Below, piece by piece: positions 6,842 through 16,357 of a stretch of DNA of 64,000 bases. This DNA comes from Sporichthyaceae bacterium (lineage in GTDB: Bacteria > Actinomycetota > Actinomycetes > JACCUZ01): positions 16,489 through 80,488 of the forward strand of contig JANLYQ010000072.1 in NCBI GenBank assembly GCA_031365725.1, in the 5' to 3' direction. The stretch's first letter is position 1. Every line of letters starts with the position of its first letter. The position numbers and the translations under genes were made by a program. Under the pieces are notes generated by a model. It was not told the origin of the DNA. It ran no database searches and saw only the letters and a program-made list of their open reading frames with translations.

Positions 6842-9529
6842 TCAGCGGTAGTAGCCGACGACCTCGGCGACGAGGTCGGTCGAGGCAGGACCCCCGGCCA
6901 GCAGGATCCGCCCACGGGTGCCGACCGGCACCACCACCAGGTTGGCGCTCGACCGCCACCCCGGCACCAGGAGGTCGGGGTGCAACGGCTTGCGTTGGCC
7001 GCGCCCCCAGGCCGTGACGTAGGTCGAGCCGTAGGCGTTGCGCGCGGTGAGCTGGAGCACGACCGCCCGGGTGGCCCCCGGCACCGCGCGACCGCGGCCG
7101 GCCACCGTGACGGCAAGGGTGCCGCCGGCCGCGAGACGGCGACGCGGGACCCCGATGCCGTACCTCGTGTCGAGGACGCGGGTCGCGGCGCGCGCCTGGA
7201 ACAACCGACCAGGTGTCACCTCAGGAGCGGCCCACCACCCGACCAGGTCGACGACGACGTGGGTGGCAGCGCCGTGGGCCGAGAGCGTGAAGGTGCCGTC
7301 CTGCAGCCGGGCCACCGCCCGGGTGCGCACCAGCGACCGCGGCGCGTAAGCCGTCGTCGCGTTGTCGCGGTCGCCGCTGGCTGACTGCACGGTCAGTGTC
7401 CCGGCACCGCTCGGCGCGGTGGTCGTGATGTTGAGCAGGGCGCCGGTCATCGAGGTCGAGGGGATGCCGGACAACGTCGGCACTCGCACCGACCGGTCGG
7501 TCCCCGGGACCACCATCCCGGCCGGGTCGTGCTGCGAGTCGTAGATGCGCAGCGCGCGCACCTGGTGGAAGCCCTGGCCCCCGGCGGTCGGGTAGTAGCC
7601 GACGACGTGCACGGTGAGCTCGTTGCTACCGGCGGCGTTGGAGATGCTGACGGCACCGTTCGCCCCGAGCGAGGTGACCGCGAGTCCGGACGTGGCGGTG
7701 CCGGCCGCGATGTCGACGGCTGCGGTGCTCGGTCGCCGGCCGCCGGCGGGCCACGCCGTGACGGCCGTGTCCGTGGTGGCGCAGCTCGACGCGATGCTCA
7801 GCGCCACGGCACCGATGCCGCTGCTCGGCAGCCGGCCCGCGCCGGGTACGACGATGGTGACCTGACCACCGGGGCCGAGCGGGAGAGCGCCCTCGGCGCG
7901 GGTGTCATAGACCTTGATCGGGTCGACGGGCACGAAGCCGGCCGCACCGGGCAACGCGACGGCGGCTGGGGTCGGCGGTCGCGTCGCGGTGGCCTGGACC
8001 GAGACTCGGCCGGTCCACGGCGCGACGCTGCCCAGGGCATCACCGCTGGTCAACGTGACGCTGTAGCCGCCAGGTCGCACGGGTCGCCCGGACGTGTCAC
8101 GCAGGTCCCAGGCCGCGGCGATCGGTGCGGTCGGCGAGGCGGTCCCGGTCAGGGTGCGCACGAGGGTGCCGCGGCAGGAGTCGGTGACCTGCAGGGTCCA
8201 GGTCTGGTCGCTGGTGACCCGCGCCGTGGTGGTGATGGTGGCGCCGCTGCCGTAGGTCGCCGTCGCGGGGCTGGGCGAGGGGTCGAACATCGACGTGCCG
8301 AGATAGCTCGCGGTCAGGGCGCGGATCGTCGGGAGGGCGGCGTACAGGTTGTTGCCAGGACATGAGGTCTGCCCCGCGTCGCGGTGCGCGGCGATGGTGG
8401 CGAAGGTGACCTGCGTGCCCGATCGGTAGCGCGTGAACGAACCACCTTGGGATGTGAGCACCGTGCTGCCATTGGGGTCGCGGTGGTTGGCGGCGAGCTT
8501 CCACGCCATCAGCCGGGCGATGGCGTCGAGCATCTCCGGCGCGGGGACCGTCGTGTCGTAGTTGCCGATCGCCGACACCGCGAAGCTGTCGACGTTGAAA
8601 CCACCGGTGTGCGCACCGATGACCGCGCGGTCGATGCCGCCGTAACGGCCCTCCCACAGTCGGCCGAAGCGGTCGACGAGGAAGTTGTAGCCGATGTCGG
8701 ACCAACCGTTCCCTCTGACGTGGAAGGCGTAGATGCCGCGGATGATCTTCGGCACGTCGGCGTCGGTGTAGCCGTTGGTGCCGGCCGTGTGGTGGACGAA
8801 GCCTTCCTTGATCGTGGCGTTGTACGACGGTCCGCTTCTCCGCAGCGACTCGTCGGCGCCCCACTGGGAACGACTGAGGATCGTCGGCTGGCCGGCGGCC
8901 GCCTGGGCCTGCAGGGCGGGGCCGTGCGCGCCGGCGGGGTTCGCGCTGTCCGCACTCGAGGAGCCGGGGTCGACGAGGTCGAGCCGGAGGCCGGCAGGCA
9001 GGGCCGGGGTGGTGAGTGTGGTCGGGCCGGGAGTGGTCACGCGCACCCGCACCTGCACGCCGTCGGACCGGCCGACCCAGAGCGGCTCGGTGCCCGGCCG
9101 GGCGGAGCGCGCGTCCGGGCCGCTGGGCGGGTCGGCCGGGTCGAGTGCCGTCCACGCGCCCCAGCCGTGCCGGTCGTGGGTGCGCACGGTGATGGCGAGG
9201 CGGGCGGGTGCCTGTGCCGAGGTGCGCGGGGGCGCCCAGGTCACGCCGAGCATCGAGAAAGTCCCGACGTGCGGGCGGCTGACCAGCACGTCCGCGCCGA
9301 TCGACAGGGCCGTGCTGCTGCGGGCGGCGCCGCGCACGGGGTGCGTCGCCACACCGTGCGGGGTCTGCTGCGTCGTCACCGGGTGAGCCACCTGCCGAGC
9401 CATCAGGGGCAGCGAGTGCACCTGGGCCGCTACCGGATGCGGCCTCGGGTGCGGGGCGCCCACCACAGGCAGCGCGACGACCGCGACCGGCAGCACGAGG
9501 CTGAGCAGGACGGCGGGAGCGCGGCGCAT
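6842..9529 (-). CDS. secreted N-acetylmuramoyl-L-alanine amidase (Amidase_2/PGRP domain) with three ~110-aa C-terminal repeats of unknown function
   Basis: Signal peptide MRRAPAVLLSLVLPVAVVALPVVGA; amidase_2 motifs SRSQWGADESL, FVHHTAGTN, GWSDIGYNFLVD, IGAHTGGFN, IGNYD...APEMLDAIARLMAWKL. Three C-terminal repeat units end in VHVVGYY / VVDLVGWW / VAEVVGYY. Confidence 0.8.
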   Translation of the reverse strand: MRRAPAVLLSLVLPVAVVALPVVGAPHPRPHPVAAQVHSLPLMARQVAHPVTTQQTPHGVATHPVRGAARSSTALSIGADVLVSRPHVGTFSMLGVTWAPPRTSAQAPARLAITVRTHDRHGWGAWTALDPADPPSGPDARSARPGTEPLWVGRSDGVQVRVRVTTPGPTTLTTPALPAGLRLDLVDPGSSSADSANPAGAHGPALQAQAAAGQPTILSRSQWGADESLRRSGPSYNATIKEGFVHHTAGTNGYTDADVPKIIRGIYAFHVRGNGWSDIGYNFLVDRFGRLWEGRYGGIDRAVIGAHTGGFNVDSFAVSAIGNYDTTVPAPEMLDAIARLMAWKLAANHRDPNGSTVLTSQGGSFTRYRSGTQVTFATIAAHRDAGQTSCPGNNLYAALPTIRALTASYLGTSMFDPSPSPATATYGSGATITTTARVTSDQTWTLQVTDSCRGTLVRTLTGTASPTAPIAAAWDLRDTSGRPVRPGGYSVTLTSGDALGSVAPWTGRVSVQATATRPPTPAAVALPGAAGFVPVDPIKVYDTRAEGALPLGPGGQVTIVVPGAGRLPSSGIGAVALSIASSCATTDTAVTAWPAGGRRPSTAAVDIAAGTATSGLAVTSLGANGAVSISNAAGSNELTVHVVGYYPTAGGQGFHQVRALRIYDSQHDPAGMVVPGTDRSVRVPTLSGIPSTSMTGALLNITTTAPSGAGTLTVQSASGDRDNATTAYAPRSLVRTRAVARLQDGTFTLSAHGAATHVVVDLVGWWAAPEVTPGRLFQARAATRVLDTRYGIGVPRRRLAAGGTLAVTVAGRGRAVPGATRAVVLQLTARNAYGSTYVTAWGRGQRKPLHPDLLVPGWRSSANLVVVPVGTRGRILLAGGPASTDLVAEVVGYYR

Positions 9530-9848
9530 GGTCGAGGACCTTCACTGTCGGGTGCGGGCGGCATCGGGCTGGGCGGAGCGCGGGCAGGCGGTGTGCCCAG
9601 CGCAGGTGCCCCGCGGTCGGGAAGGACGGGGCTGATGTGGCTGTCGGGGCTGATGTGACGTTGCGGCAGACCAGTGTGCACCGGATCGACCAGCGGGGCC
9701 GGACCCTTGACCAGCGCGGCGTGTGCCGAGCGTGAACCTTTGCCGCACCGTGACGTTGCCGCGCTGCAGCAGGCGGCGGCCTGGTCACCCCACGTGGTCG
9801 ACTCCGGGGACCCAGGTGGTTGCCAGGTGGAGTCCGTAGCCTGGCCGG

Positions 9849-10607
9849 ATGCCTGACCTGCTGCTGACCACCCCACCGCAGCTGTTGGACGCGGCCCTGC
9901 GGCGGGACCCGGCCCGGCCGCTGATCACCTTCTACGACGACCGGTCCGGCGAACGGGTCGAGCTCTCGGTCGTGACCTTCGCCACCTGGGTGGCCAAGAC
10001 CGCCAACCTGCTGCGCGACGACCTCGACCTGCGGCCCGGCGCCCGGGTCGTCATCGACCTGCCTCTGCACTGGCAGGCCGCGGTGTGGCTGCAGGCTTGC
10101 TGGACCCTCGGTGCCCACGTGGCCCTCGGCTCCGCTGCACCGCTCGCGGCGGACCTGTTGGTGACGTCCTACGACCGAGCGCCGGGCAGCAAGGGCGACG
10201 CGGGCGAGGTGGTCGCGCTCGGGCTGGGGCCGATGGGGCTCCCCCGGCGGGACGTGACGGCGCCGGTCTGGGCCGACCTCGACTACGACCGGGAGGTGGC
10301 CGGGCACGGCGACCGGTTCGTGCCGAGCGGCCCGGTCGACCCGGACGCCGCGGCGCTCACGCTGGGAGCCGCAGGCACCGAGCGGACGCTGACCGCCGCT
10401 GACCTCGTCGCCCACACCACCGATGCCACCGCCCTGCCCGAGGGTGCCCGGCTGCTCGTCACCGAGCAGCTGACCACGCTGGACGCCATCCAGGACGCCC
10501 TGCTGCGGCCGTTGGCCGGCACCTGCACCGCAGTGCTGTGCCGCCACCTCGACCCCGCGCTCCTGCCGGCGCGGATCGCGCAGGAGGGCATCGTGGCCCG
10601 CCGATGA
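9849..10607 (+). CDS. TIGR03089 family protein (actinobacterial conserved protein usually linked to LCP/cell-wall polymer loci)
   Basis: MPDLLLTTPPQLLDAALRRDPARPLITFYDD..ERVELSVVTFATWVAKTANLL; sits directly upstream of an LCP gene. Family assignment is from recalled sequence similarity. Confidence 0.6.
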   Translation: MPDLLLTTPPQLLDAALRRDPARPLITFYDDRSGERVELSVVTFATWVAKTANLLRDDLDLRPGARVVIDLPLHWQAAVWLQACWTLGAHVALGSAAPLAADLLVTSYDRAPGSKGDAGEVVALGLGPMGLPRRDVTAPVWADLDYDREVAGHGDRFVPSGPVDPDAAALTLGAAGTERTLTAADLVAHTTDATALPEGARLLVTEQLTTLDAIQDALLRPLAGTCTAVLCRHLDPALLPARIAQEGIVARR

Positions 10608-10673
10608 CCTAGAATCGACGGTCACCACGTCGCGCACCGCTGCCCCCCAGTCGTCTCACGGACAGGACCACGC

Positions 10674-12137
10674 GTGACCCAGCCCGCTGCTCGACGCCAC
10701 GCTCCCCGTGCGCGGCACGCCGCTCGTCGGCGTCCGCTGCGCCGCGCGCTGACCGCGCTCGGGGTGGTCGTCGCCGTGCTGCTGGTGACCGGCTCGGTGA
10801 GTGCCTTCGTGGTCTACCAGCGGCTCAACGGCAACATCCACAAGGTGGCCGTCGACAAGCAGCTCGGCGATGCGACGTCCCGGCCGACCAAGGTGGCCGA
10901 GGTCGCCAAGGCCGAGAACATCCTGATCATGGGATCGGACAAGCGCTCGGGCGAGAGCGCCGTCGCCGTCCCGGGCGAGCGCTCCGACACCACGATCCTG
11001 CTGCACCTGGCGGCGGACCGTAAGTCGGCGACCGCGGTGAGCATCCCGCGTGACTCGATGGTCTCCATCCCGGCCTGCACCATGCCCGACGGCACGACGA
11101 TCCCGCCGCGCGCCCCGGAGATGTTCAACGCCTCGTTCTCCGACGGCGGGGCGGCCTGCACCATCAAGACCGTCGAGTCGCTCACCAAGATCTTCATCGA
11201 CCACTACGTCGTGATCGACTTCAACGGCTTCAAGGACATGGTCAATGCCCTCGGCGGGGTCCGGGTCTGCCTCCCGCAGGCCGTCAACGACCCGAAGTCG
11301 CACCTCGTCATAGCGGCCGGTTACCACACGGTCAAGGGCGGCCAGGCGCTCGCCTACGTGCGCACCCGCTACGCCCTGGGCAACGGCGGCGACGTCGACC
11401 GGATCGGCCGCCAGCAGGCCTTCCTGTCCTCGATGATCAAGAAGGTCAAGAGCACCGGGCTGCTGCTCAACCCGGTCGCGCTCTTCAACTTCCTCGACGC
11501 CGCCACCAAGTCCCTCACGACCGACCCCTCCCTCGGTGACCTCAACGCGATGCGCTCGCTGGCTCAGGACGTGCGCAGCATGCCGACCAGCGCGGTCACC
11601 TTCCTCACCATCCCCAACGAGCCCTACGCCCTCGACCCCAACCGCCTGCAGTGGAAGAAGTCGGCGGCCGCGGTCTGGACGGCACTGCGCTACGACCAGC
11701 CGCTGCCGGGCAAGGCGACGCCCAGCCCGGGTGCGAGCCCGACACCGTCGGTGACCGGGCCGCCGCTGGTCACTGCGGCCAGCGCGGTCCGGGTGCAGGT
11801 GCTCGACGGCGCCGGCGACCTGGCAGCGGCGCAGAAGGTCGCCGACGGCCTGACCGCTGACGGCTTCCAGGTGGTCAGCGTGAGCAGCGCCGCCCGCTCC
11901 GACCTGACCACCACCACGGTGCGCCACGACCCGGCGTACAACGAGTCGGGACGCACCCTCGGCGCCGCCCTGCCCGGTGCCACCGTCTCCGCCGACGCGA
12001 GCCTCGGCGCGACGCTGGTCGTGACAGTGGGCAGCGACGCTCCCACCGTGGCCACGGTCACGGCGGGCTCCGGCTCGTCCCCCTCGCCCTCGGAGACTCT
12101 GCAGACCCGGTCCGCGGCACAGGGCATCTGCTCCTGA
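10674..12137 (+). CDS. LCP family protein (LytR-CpsA-Psr phosphotransferase) with C-terminal LytR_C domain
   Basis: N-terminal Arg-rich cytoplasmic tail and TM (ALGVVVAVLLVTGSV); LCP core ILIMGSDKR...RSDTTILLHL...AVSIPRDS...KLNAAF-like; C-terminal LytR_C (VRVQVLDGAGDLAAAQKVADGL). GTG start. Confidence 0.85.
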   Translation: MTQPAARRHAPRARHAARRRPLRRALTALGVVVAVLLVTGSVSAFVVYQRLNGNIHKVAVDKQLGDATSRPTKVAEVAKAENILIMGSDKRSGESAVAVPGERSDTTILLHLAADRKSATAVSIPRDSMVSIPACTMPDGTTIPPRAPEMFNASFSDGGAACTIKTVESLTKIFIDHYVVIDFNGFKDMVNALGGVRVCLPQAVNDPKSHLVIAAGYHTVKGGQALAYVRTRYALGNGGDVDRIGRQQAFLSSMIKKVKSTGLLLNPVALFNFLDAATKSLTTDPSLGDLNAMRSLAQDVRSMPTSAVTFLTIPNEPYALDPNRLQWKKSAAAVWTALRYDQPLPGKATPSPGASPTPSVTGPPLVTAASAVRVQVLDGAGDLAAAQKVADGLTADGFQVVSVSSAARSDLTTTTVRHDPAYNESGRTLGAALPGATVSADASLGATLVVTVGSDAPTVATVTAGSGSSPSPSETLQTRSAAQGICS

Positions 12138-12181
12138 CACCGACCCCGTCGGATGCCTCTCCGGTTCGTTAGAGTCCCGAC

Positions 12182-12988
12182 GTGCCCACGGACAAGGTCG
12201 TGCCCACCGCCGCCGAGGCTGTCGTCGGCATCACCGACGGAGCAAGTCTTGCGGTCGGTGGCTTCGGCCTCTGCGGCGTGCCGACCGAGCTGATCGCCGC
12301 GCTGTACGACGCCGGGCCGCGCGACCTGCAGGTCGTCTCCAACAACTGCGGCGTCGACGGCTGGGGGCTCGGCGTGCTGCTGGCCGACCACCGCGTCAGC
12401 CGGGTCGTCGCGTCCTACGTCGGTGAGAACAAGGAGTTCGCGCGACAGTTCCTCTCTGGGGAGCTCGAGGTCGAGCTGACCCCGCAGGGCACGCTGGCCG
12501 AGCGGCTGCGCTCGGGCGGGGCCGGCATCCCGGCGTTCTTCACCGTGACCGGGGTCGGCACGCAGGTGGCCGAGGGTGGACTGCCGTGGCGCTACCACCC
12601 CGACGGCTCGGTCGCTCTCGCGTCGCCGGCCAAGGAGACCCGGGAGCTGACGATGGGCGGCGAGACGCGGACGTTCGTGCTCGAGGAGTCGATCGTCACC
12701 GACGTCGCGCTCGTGCATGCCTGGAAGGGTGACCGGGCCGGCAACCTCGTCTACCGCGAGAGCGCGCGCAACTTCAACCCGCTCTGCGCGACCGCGGGCC
12801 GCGTCACCATCGCGCAGGTCGAGCATCTGGTCGAGGTCGGCGAGATCCCGCCGGAGGAGGTCCACACCCCGGGCGTCTACGTGCAGCGGGTCCTCGAGGT
12901 GGGACCGGACTTCGAGAAGCGGATCGAGAAGCGCACCGTGCGACCGCGGTCGGACGCCGGGACTCAGACGACCGACACGGGGGCCTGA
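12182..12988 (+). CDS. scoA: 3-oxoacid CoA-transferase subunit A
   Basis: GITDGASLAVGGFGLCGVPTELIAAL, SNNCGVDGWGLGVLL, ESARNFNPLCATAG; canonical ScoA. Confidence 0.85.
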   Translation: MPTDKVVPTAAEAVVGITDGASLAVGGFGLCGVPTELIAALYDAGPRDLQVVSNNCGVDGWGLGVLLADHRVSRVVASYVGENKEFARQFLSGELEVELTPQGTLAERLRSGGAGIPAFFTVTGVGTQVAEGGLPWRYHPDGSVALASPAKETRELTMGGETRTFVLEESIVTDVALVHAWKGDRAGNLVYRESARNFNPLCATAGRVTIAQVEHLVEVGEIPPEEVHTPGVYVQRVLEVGPDFEKRIEKRTVRPRSDAGTQTTDTGA

Positions 12989-12991
12989 GTC

Positions 12992-13648
12992 ATGGCACTG
13001 ACACGTGAGCAGATGGCGGCCCGGGCGGCGTCCGAGCTCGAGGACGGGCAGTACGTCAACCTCGGCATCGGGTTGCCGACTCTTGTCCCCAGCTACCTGC
13101 CTGACGGTGTCGACGTGACGCTGCAGAGCGAGAACGGCATCCTCGGCGTCGGCCCCTACCCGTTCGAAGGCGACGAGGACCCGGACCTGATCAACGCCGG
13201 CAAGGAGACCGTCACCGTGCAGCCTGGGGCGTCGTTCTTCGACTCGGCGGTGTCCTTCGGCATGATCCGCGGGGGGCACATCGACGCCGCGATCCTCGGC
13301 GCCATGCAGGTCTCGGCTGCCGGTGACCTGGCCAACTGGATGATCCCCGGCAAGATGGTCAAGGGCATGGGTGGCGCGATGGACCTCGTCGCCGGCGCCC
13401 GCCGCGTCATCGTGGTCATGGAGCACGTCGCCAAGGACGGCACCCACAAGGTCGTGGCCGAGTGCACGCTGCCTTACACCGGCCGGAGGGTCGTCGACCG
13501 CATCATCACCGACCTCGCGGTCATGGACGTGACCGGCGAAGGGCTGGTGCTGCGCGAGCTCGCCCCGGGCGTGACGGTCGGGGAGGTGCGTGCGGCGACG
13601 GGAGCCGAGCTCATCGTGGCGGGCGACCCGATCGGCATGGCGCTCTAG
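12992..13648 (+). CDS. scoB: 3-oxoacid CoA-transferase subunit B
   Basis: [22 protein letters not shown], catalytic-Glu region [12 protein letters not shown]; directly follows scoA. Confidence 0.85.
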   Translation: MALTREQMAARAASELEDGQYVNLGIGLPTLVPSYLPDGVDVTLQSENGILGVGPYPFEGDEDPDLINAGKETVTVQPGASFFDSAVSFGMIRGGHIDAAILGAMQVSAAGDLANWMIPGKMVKGMGGAMDLVAGARRVIVVMEHVAKDGTHKVVAECTLPYTGRRVVDRIITDLAVMDVTGEGLVLRELAPGVTVGEVRAATGAELIVAGDPIGMAL

Positions 13649-15181
13649 GTGATGGCCACGGCCACCGTGTCCCCAGGTGATGCGTCCCCGAGTGGCGCTG
13701 CTCGGCCGTCGCGACCGCGTACGTTCCTGCCGGGTTTGCCGACCTGGGTGATCGCGCTCGGGGTCGTCCTCCTGCACCTGGTGGTGACGTTCCTCGTGCG
13801 CCCGGCGCCGCGCTGGAACGACGGCATCTTCGTGCTCAACGACGCACGCAGCTTCCCGCACGTGCCGCTGGACCACCACGCGCTGCGGATCGGCACCATC
13901 CTGCCGACGAGGCTGTTCCTCGAGGTCTTCGGCTACGGGCAGGTCACCTACTACGCCTGGCCGTTCCTCACCGGGATCATGCTGGTGGTTGCCGTGCTCG
14001 CGCTGGGCGCTGTGCTGTTCGACCGGTGGGTCGGCGCCGTGGCCGCGGTGCTGCTGGTCTTCCACCCGGTGCTCGTCGACACCGTGATCACCAACGGCAC
14101 CGAGCGCATGACGAGCTGGCAGCTGCTGCCCGACATCCCGTCGACCGCCTTTGTCACCACCGGTTTTGCGCTCATGATCGCTGCGACCCGGCGCGAGGGT
14201 CGGGCGGCCACGCGATGGTTCCTGCTGGCCGGGTTCTGCTTCGGCTGGGCCTATCTGGTACGTGAGCTGTCGGTGTTCTTCTACCCCCTGGTCGTCGCGG
14301 TGCTCGTCGTGTGGCGGGCGCGGATGGCGCGCTGGGTGCAGGTCGCGCTGCCGATGCTCGGCGCGCTGGTGCTCGAGATGGTGCTGGCGCAGTGGGCGCA
14401 CGGCGACCCGTTGGCGCGGCTCAAGGTCGACGGCGAGCACGGCAGCGCCCCGCTGTCACCGATCACCCGGCTCGACGCCCTGCTGCGGTTCCCGCGCATC
14501 GTCGAGGTCTATCCGCAGACGCTGCTGGTGCTGACCTCGTTCGTGCTCATGGTGCTCGGCGCACTCGTGGTGCGACGGCGCGAGCACGTGCTGCTGCTCG
14601 GTTGGTTCCTGGTGATCTGGGTGCCGCTGACGCTGGTGTCGGGACTGCTCGACCCGGGCTTCATCCGCATCAACGCCTCACTCATGCGCTACTGGGTGCC
14701 GGTGCTCCCCGCGCTGGTGATCGGCTCGACCGCCTTCGTGGCGTGGCTGCTGGTGCACCTGCGGCGTCGGCTGTCCGGGCTCGGGGTGGGCGTCACCGTG
14801 GCCGTAGCGGTCCTGGCTGTCCTGGTGGCCGCCGTACCGCTGCGGGGGCTGATCCTCGACAACCCGCGCGACCACTCCTGGAACGCTGTGCGCGCCTGGC
14901 TGCACACCCATGACGCGATGGTGTCGACGATCATCACCGACGACCGCGACGCCCTGGTGCTCGGCATCTTCAGCCGCGAGCCGGTCGGGGGCGGGCTGGT
15001 CGTGCACGCGAAGGTCCGCAAGGTCGGGCACGGGCTCACGGCGGCCCCGGTCGGCACCGGGGCGCCCGGCACCTACCTGGTCTGGACACCCGGCCTGTCC
15101 CGGCACGCGCCGAGGTCCTTCGACGGGTGGCGGCTGCTGCTGCGCGAGCCCCAGCTCCGCATCTACGGCCCGGCCCGGTAG
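13649..15181 (+). CDS. GT-C-fold membrane protein, putative polyprenol-phosphate-sugar dependent glycosyltransferase (PMT/ArnT/GT39-like); function unproven
   Basis: ~11 predicted TM helices in the N-terminal 380 aa followed by a soluble C-terminal domain, the layout of GT-C enzymes. GTG 13649 overlaps the scoB stop region; ATG at 13652 is an alternative. Confidence 0.45.
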   Translation: MMATATVSPGDASPSGAARPSRPRTFLPGLPTWVIALGVVLLHLVVTFLVRPAPRWNDGIFVLNDARSFPHVPLDHHALRIGTILPTRLFLEVFGYGQVTYYAWPFLTGIMLVVAVLALGAVLFDRWVGAVAAVLLVFHPVLVDTVITNGTERMTSWQLLPDIPSTAFVTTGFALMIAATRREGRAATRWFLLAGFCFGWAYLVRELSVFFYPLVVAVLVVWRARMARWVQVALPMLGALVLEMVLAQWAHGDPLARLKVDGEHGSAPLSPITRLDALLRFPRIVEVYPQTLLVLTSFVLMVLGALVVRRREHVLLLGWFLVIWVPLTLVSGLLDPGFIRINASLMRYWVPVLPALVIGSTAFVAWLLVHLRRRLSGLGVGVTVAVAVLAVLVAAVPLRGLILDNPRDHSWNAVRAWLHTHDAMVSTIITDDRDALVLGIFSREPVGGGLVVHAKVRKVGHGLTAAPVGTGAPGTYLVWTPGLSRHAPRSFDGWRLLLREPQLRIYGPAR

Positions 15182-15202
15182 GCGCTGCCTCAGGTATCCG
15201 AG

Positions 15203-16357
15203 CTACCGGTCGACGAGGTCGAAGGTGGCTTCCCACCGGGCCAGGATCTCGTCCGCGGCAAAACGCCGGACACTCTGCCGCGCCGCAGCACCGAAGCGCC
15301 GACGAAGGTCCGCGTCACCCATCAGCCGGGACAGTCCGGCCGCCAGGGCCTCGACGTTGCGCGGTGGCACGACCAGCCCGTCCACCCCGTCGGTCACGAT
15401 CTCTCGCACACCAGGTGCGCAGTCGAAAGCGACGCAGGCGAGACCGCACGCCATGCCTTCGGCCAACGCCATCGGCAGGCCCTCGTGGATGGAGGACAGC
15501 GCGAACACCGAGGACGCCAGCAGCTCGGTCTCGATGTCGCCGGCGAGACCGGGCAGCAGCACCCTGGCTTCGAGCCCGGCGGCCGTCACCTGCTTGCCCA
15601 GGTCGGCCTTCAGCGGACCGCTCCCCCAGATCGTCAGCGTCCAGTCCGGATGCTGGCCGGCGACGAGCCCGAAGGCAGTGATCAGCCGGTCGTAGCCCTT
15701 CTCCGGCGCGAGCCGGCCGGCCGCGACGACCACCTTCGTGGTCTGGTCGCTGGCCGCCTCGGGATAGTAGGACAGCGAGTTGGGCATCACGCCGACGTTG
15801 TTGAAGCCCTCGAGCTCGAACCGCGCCGCATCGTGCTCGGTCAGCAGCAGCATGAGGTCGACATCGCGGTAGAACCTCTGCACCCGCTCCCACCGGCTCG
15901 ACGCCAGCGTCGCATCGAAGGACTCGTGGCTCATGCCGATCACGTGCAGGTGACCGGTGCGGGCCGGGGCCACCCAGTTCATCGAGTGGATCTGCATCAC
16001 CACCACGACACCCTCGTCGACCACGTCGAACAACGACGAGAGCCTCTCTACCGCCGTACGGCGGGCAGCGTGGTGTCGCTCGCGGGCGGCACGGACGCGG
16101 GGGTCGACCCCGGCCAGCAGACCGCCGGTCTTCGGGGGCGGCGGGGGCTCGGCCTCCTCGTTGAGCACCAGCCACCGGTAGGGCCGGGTGCCGTAGTCGT
16201 GCGCCTCGACCGCGTGCTGGATGCCGACCACGGTGACCCGGTGGCCGCGCTCGTGCAGCATCGTGGCGAGGTTGTGCGTGACGCGCTGCACCCCGCCGAG
16301 CTCGTCGATGTTGTTGGCAACCAGGAAGATGTCCCGCGGGGTCTCGGTGGGCGTCAC
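15203..16357 (-). CDS. glycosyltransferase family 4
   Basis: GT-B C-terminal half VVVAAGRLAPEKGYDRLITAF...LTIWGSGPL...SSIHEGLPMALAEGMACGLACVAFD (EX7E-type). GTG start at 16355-16357 overlaps the TGA of the upstream gene (16354-16356) as GTGA. The track ORF extends to 16480 with an Arg-rich, non-GT N-terminus. Confidence 0.8.
   Translation of the reverse strand: MTPTETPRDIFLVANNIDELGGVQRVTHNLATMLHERGHRVTVVGIQHAVEAHDYGTRPYRWLVLNEEAEPPPPPKTGGLLAGVDPRVRAARERHHAARRTAVERLSSLFDVVDEGVVVVMQIHSMNWVAPARTGHLHVIGMSHESFDATLASSRWERVQRFYRDVDLMLLLTEHDAARFELEGFNNVGVMPNSLSYYPEAASDQTTKVVVAAGRLAPEKGYDRLITAFGLVAGQHPDWTLTIWGSGPLKADLGKQVTAAGLEARVLLPGLAGDIETELLASSVFALSSIHEGLPMALAEGMACGLACVAFDCAPGVREIVTDGVDGLVVPPRNVEALAAGLSRLMGDADLRRRFGAAARQSVRRFAADEILARWEATFDLVDR

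Noticed and set aside
5678-7384. 568-aa plus-strand ORF
   Set aside because: Antisense to the GT2 gene and the start of the amidase gene; Arg/Gly/Asp low complexity.
8097-10637. 846-aa minus-strand ORF
   Set aside because: Arg/Pro/Gly-rich low-complexity translation that overlaps the amidase (same strand, other frame) and the TIGR03089 gene. Typical spurious long ORF in 70 % GC DNA.
12138-12181. Weak hairpin CCGACCCCGTCGG after the LCP-1 gene as a terminator
   Set aside because: 5-bp stem only and no T-tract; not convincing.
11690-14440. 916-aa minus-strand ORF antisense to the LCP, scoA, scoB and GT-C genes
   Set aside because: The sense-strand genes have clear conserved motifs, while the antisense translation is Arg/Asp/His-rich with no motif.
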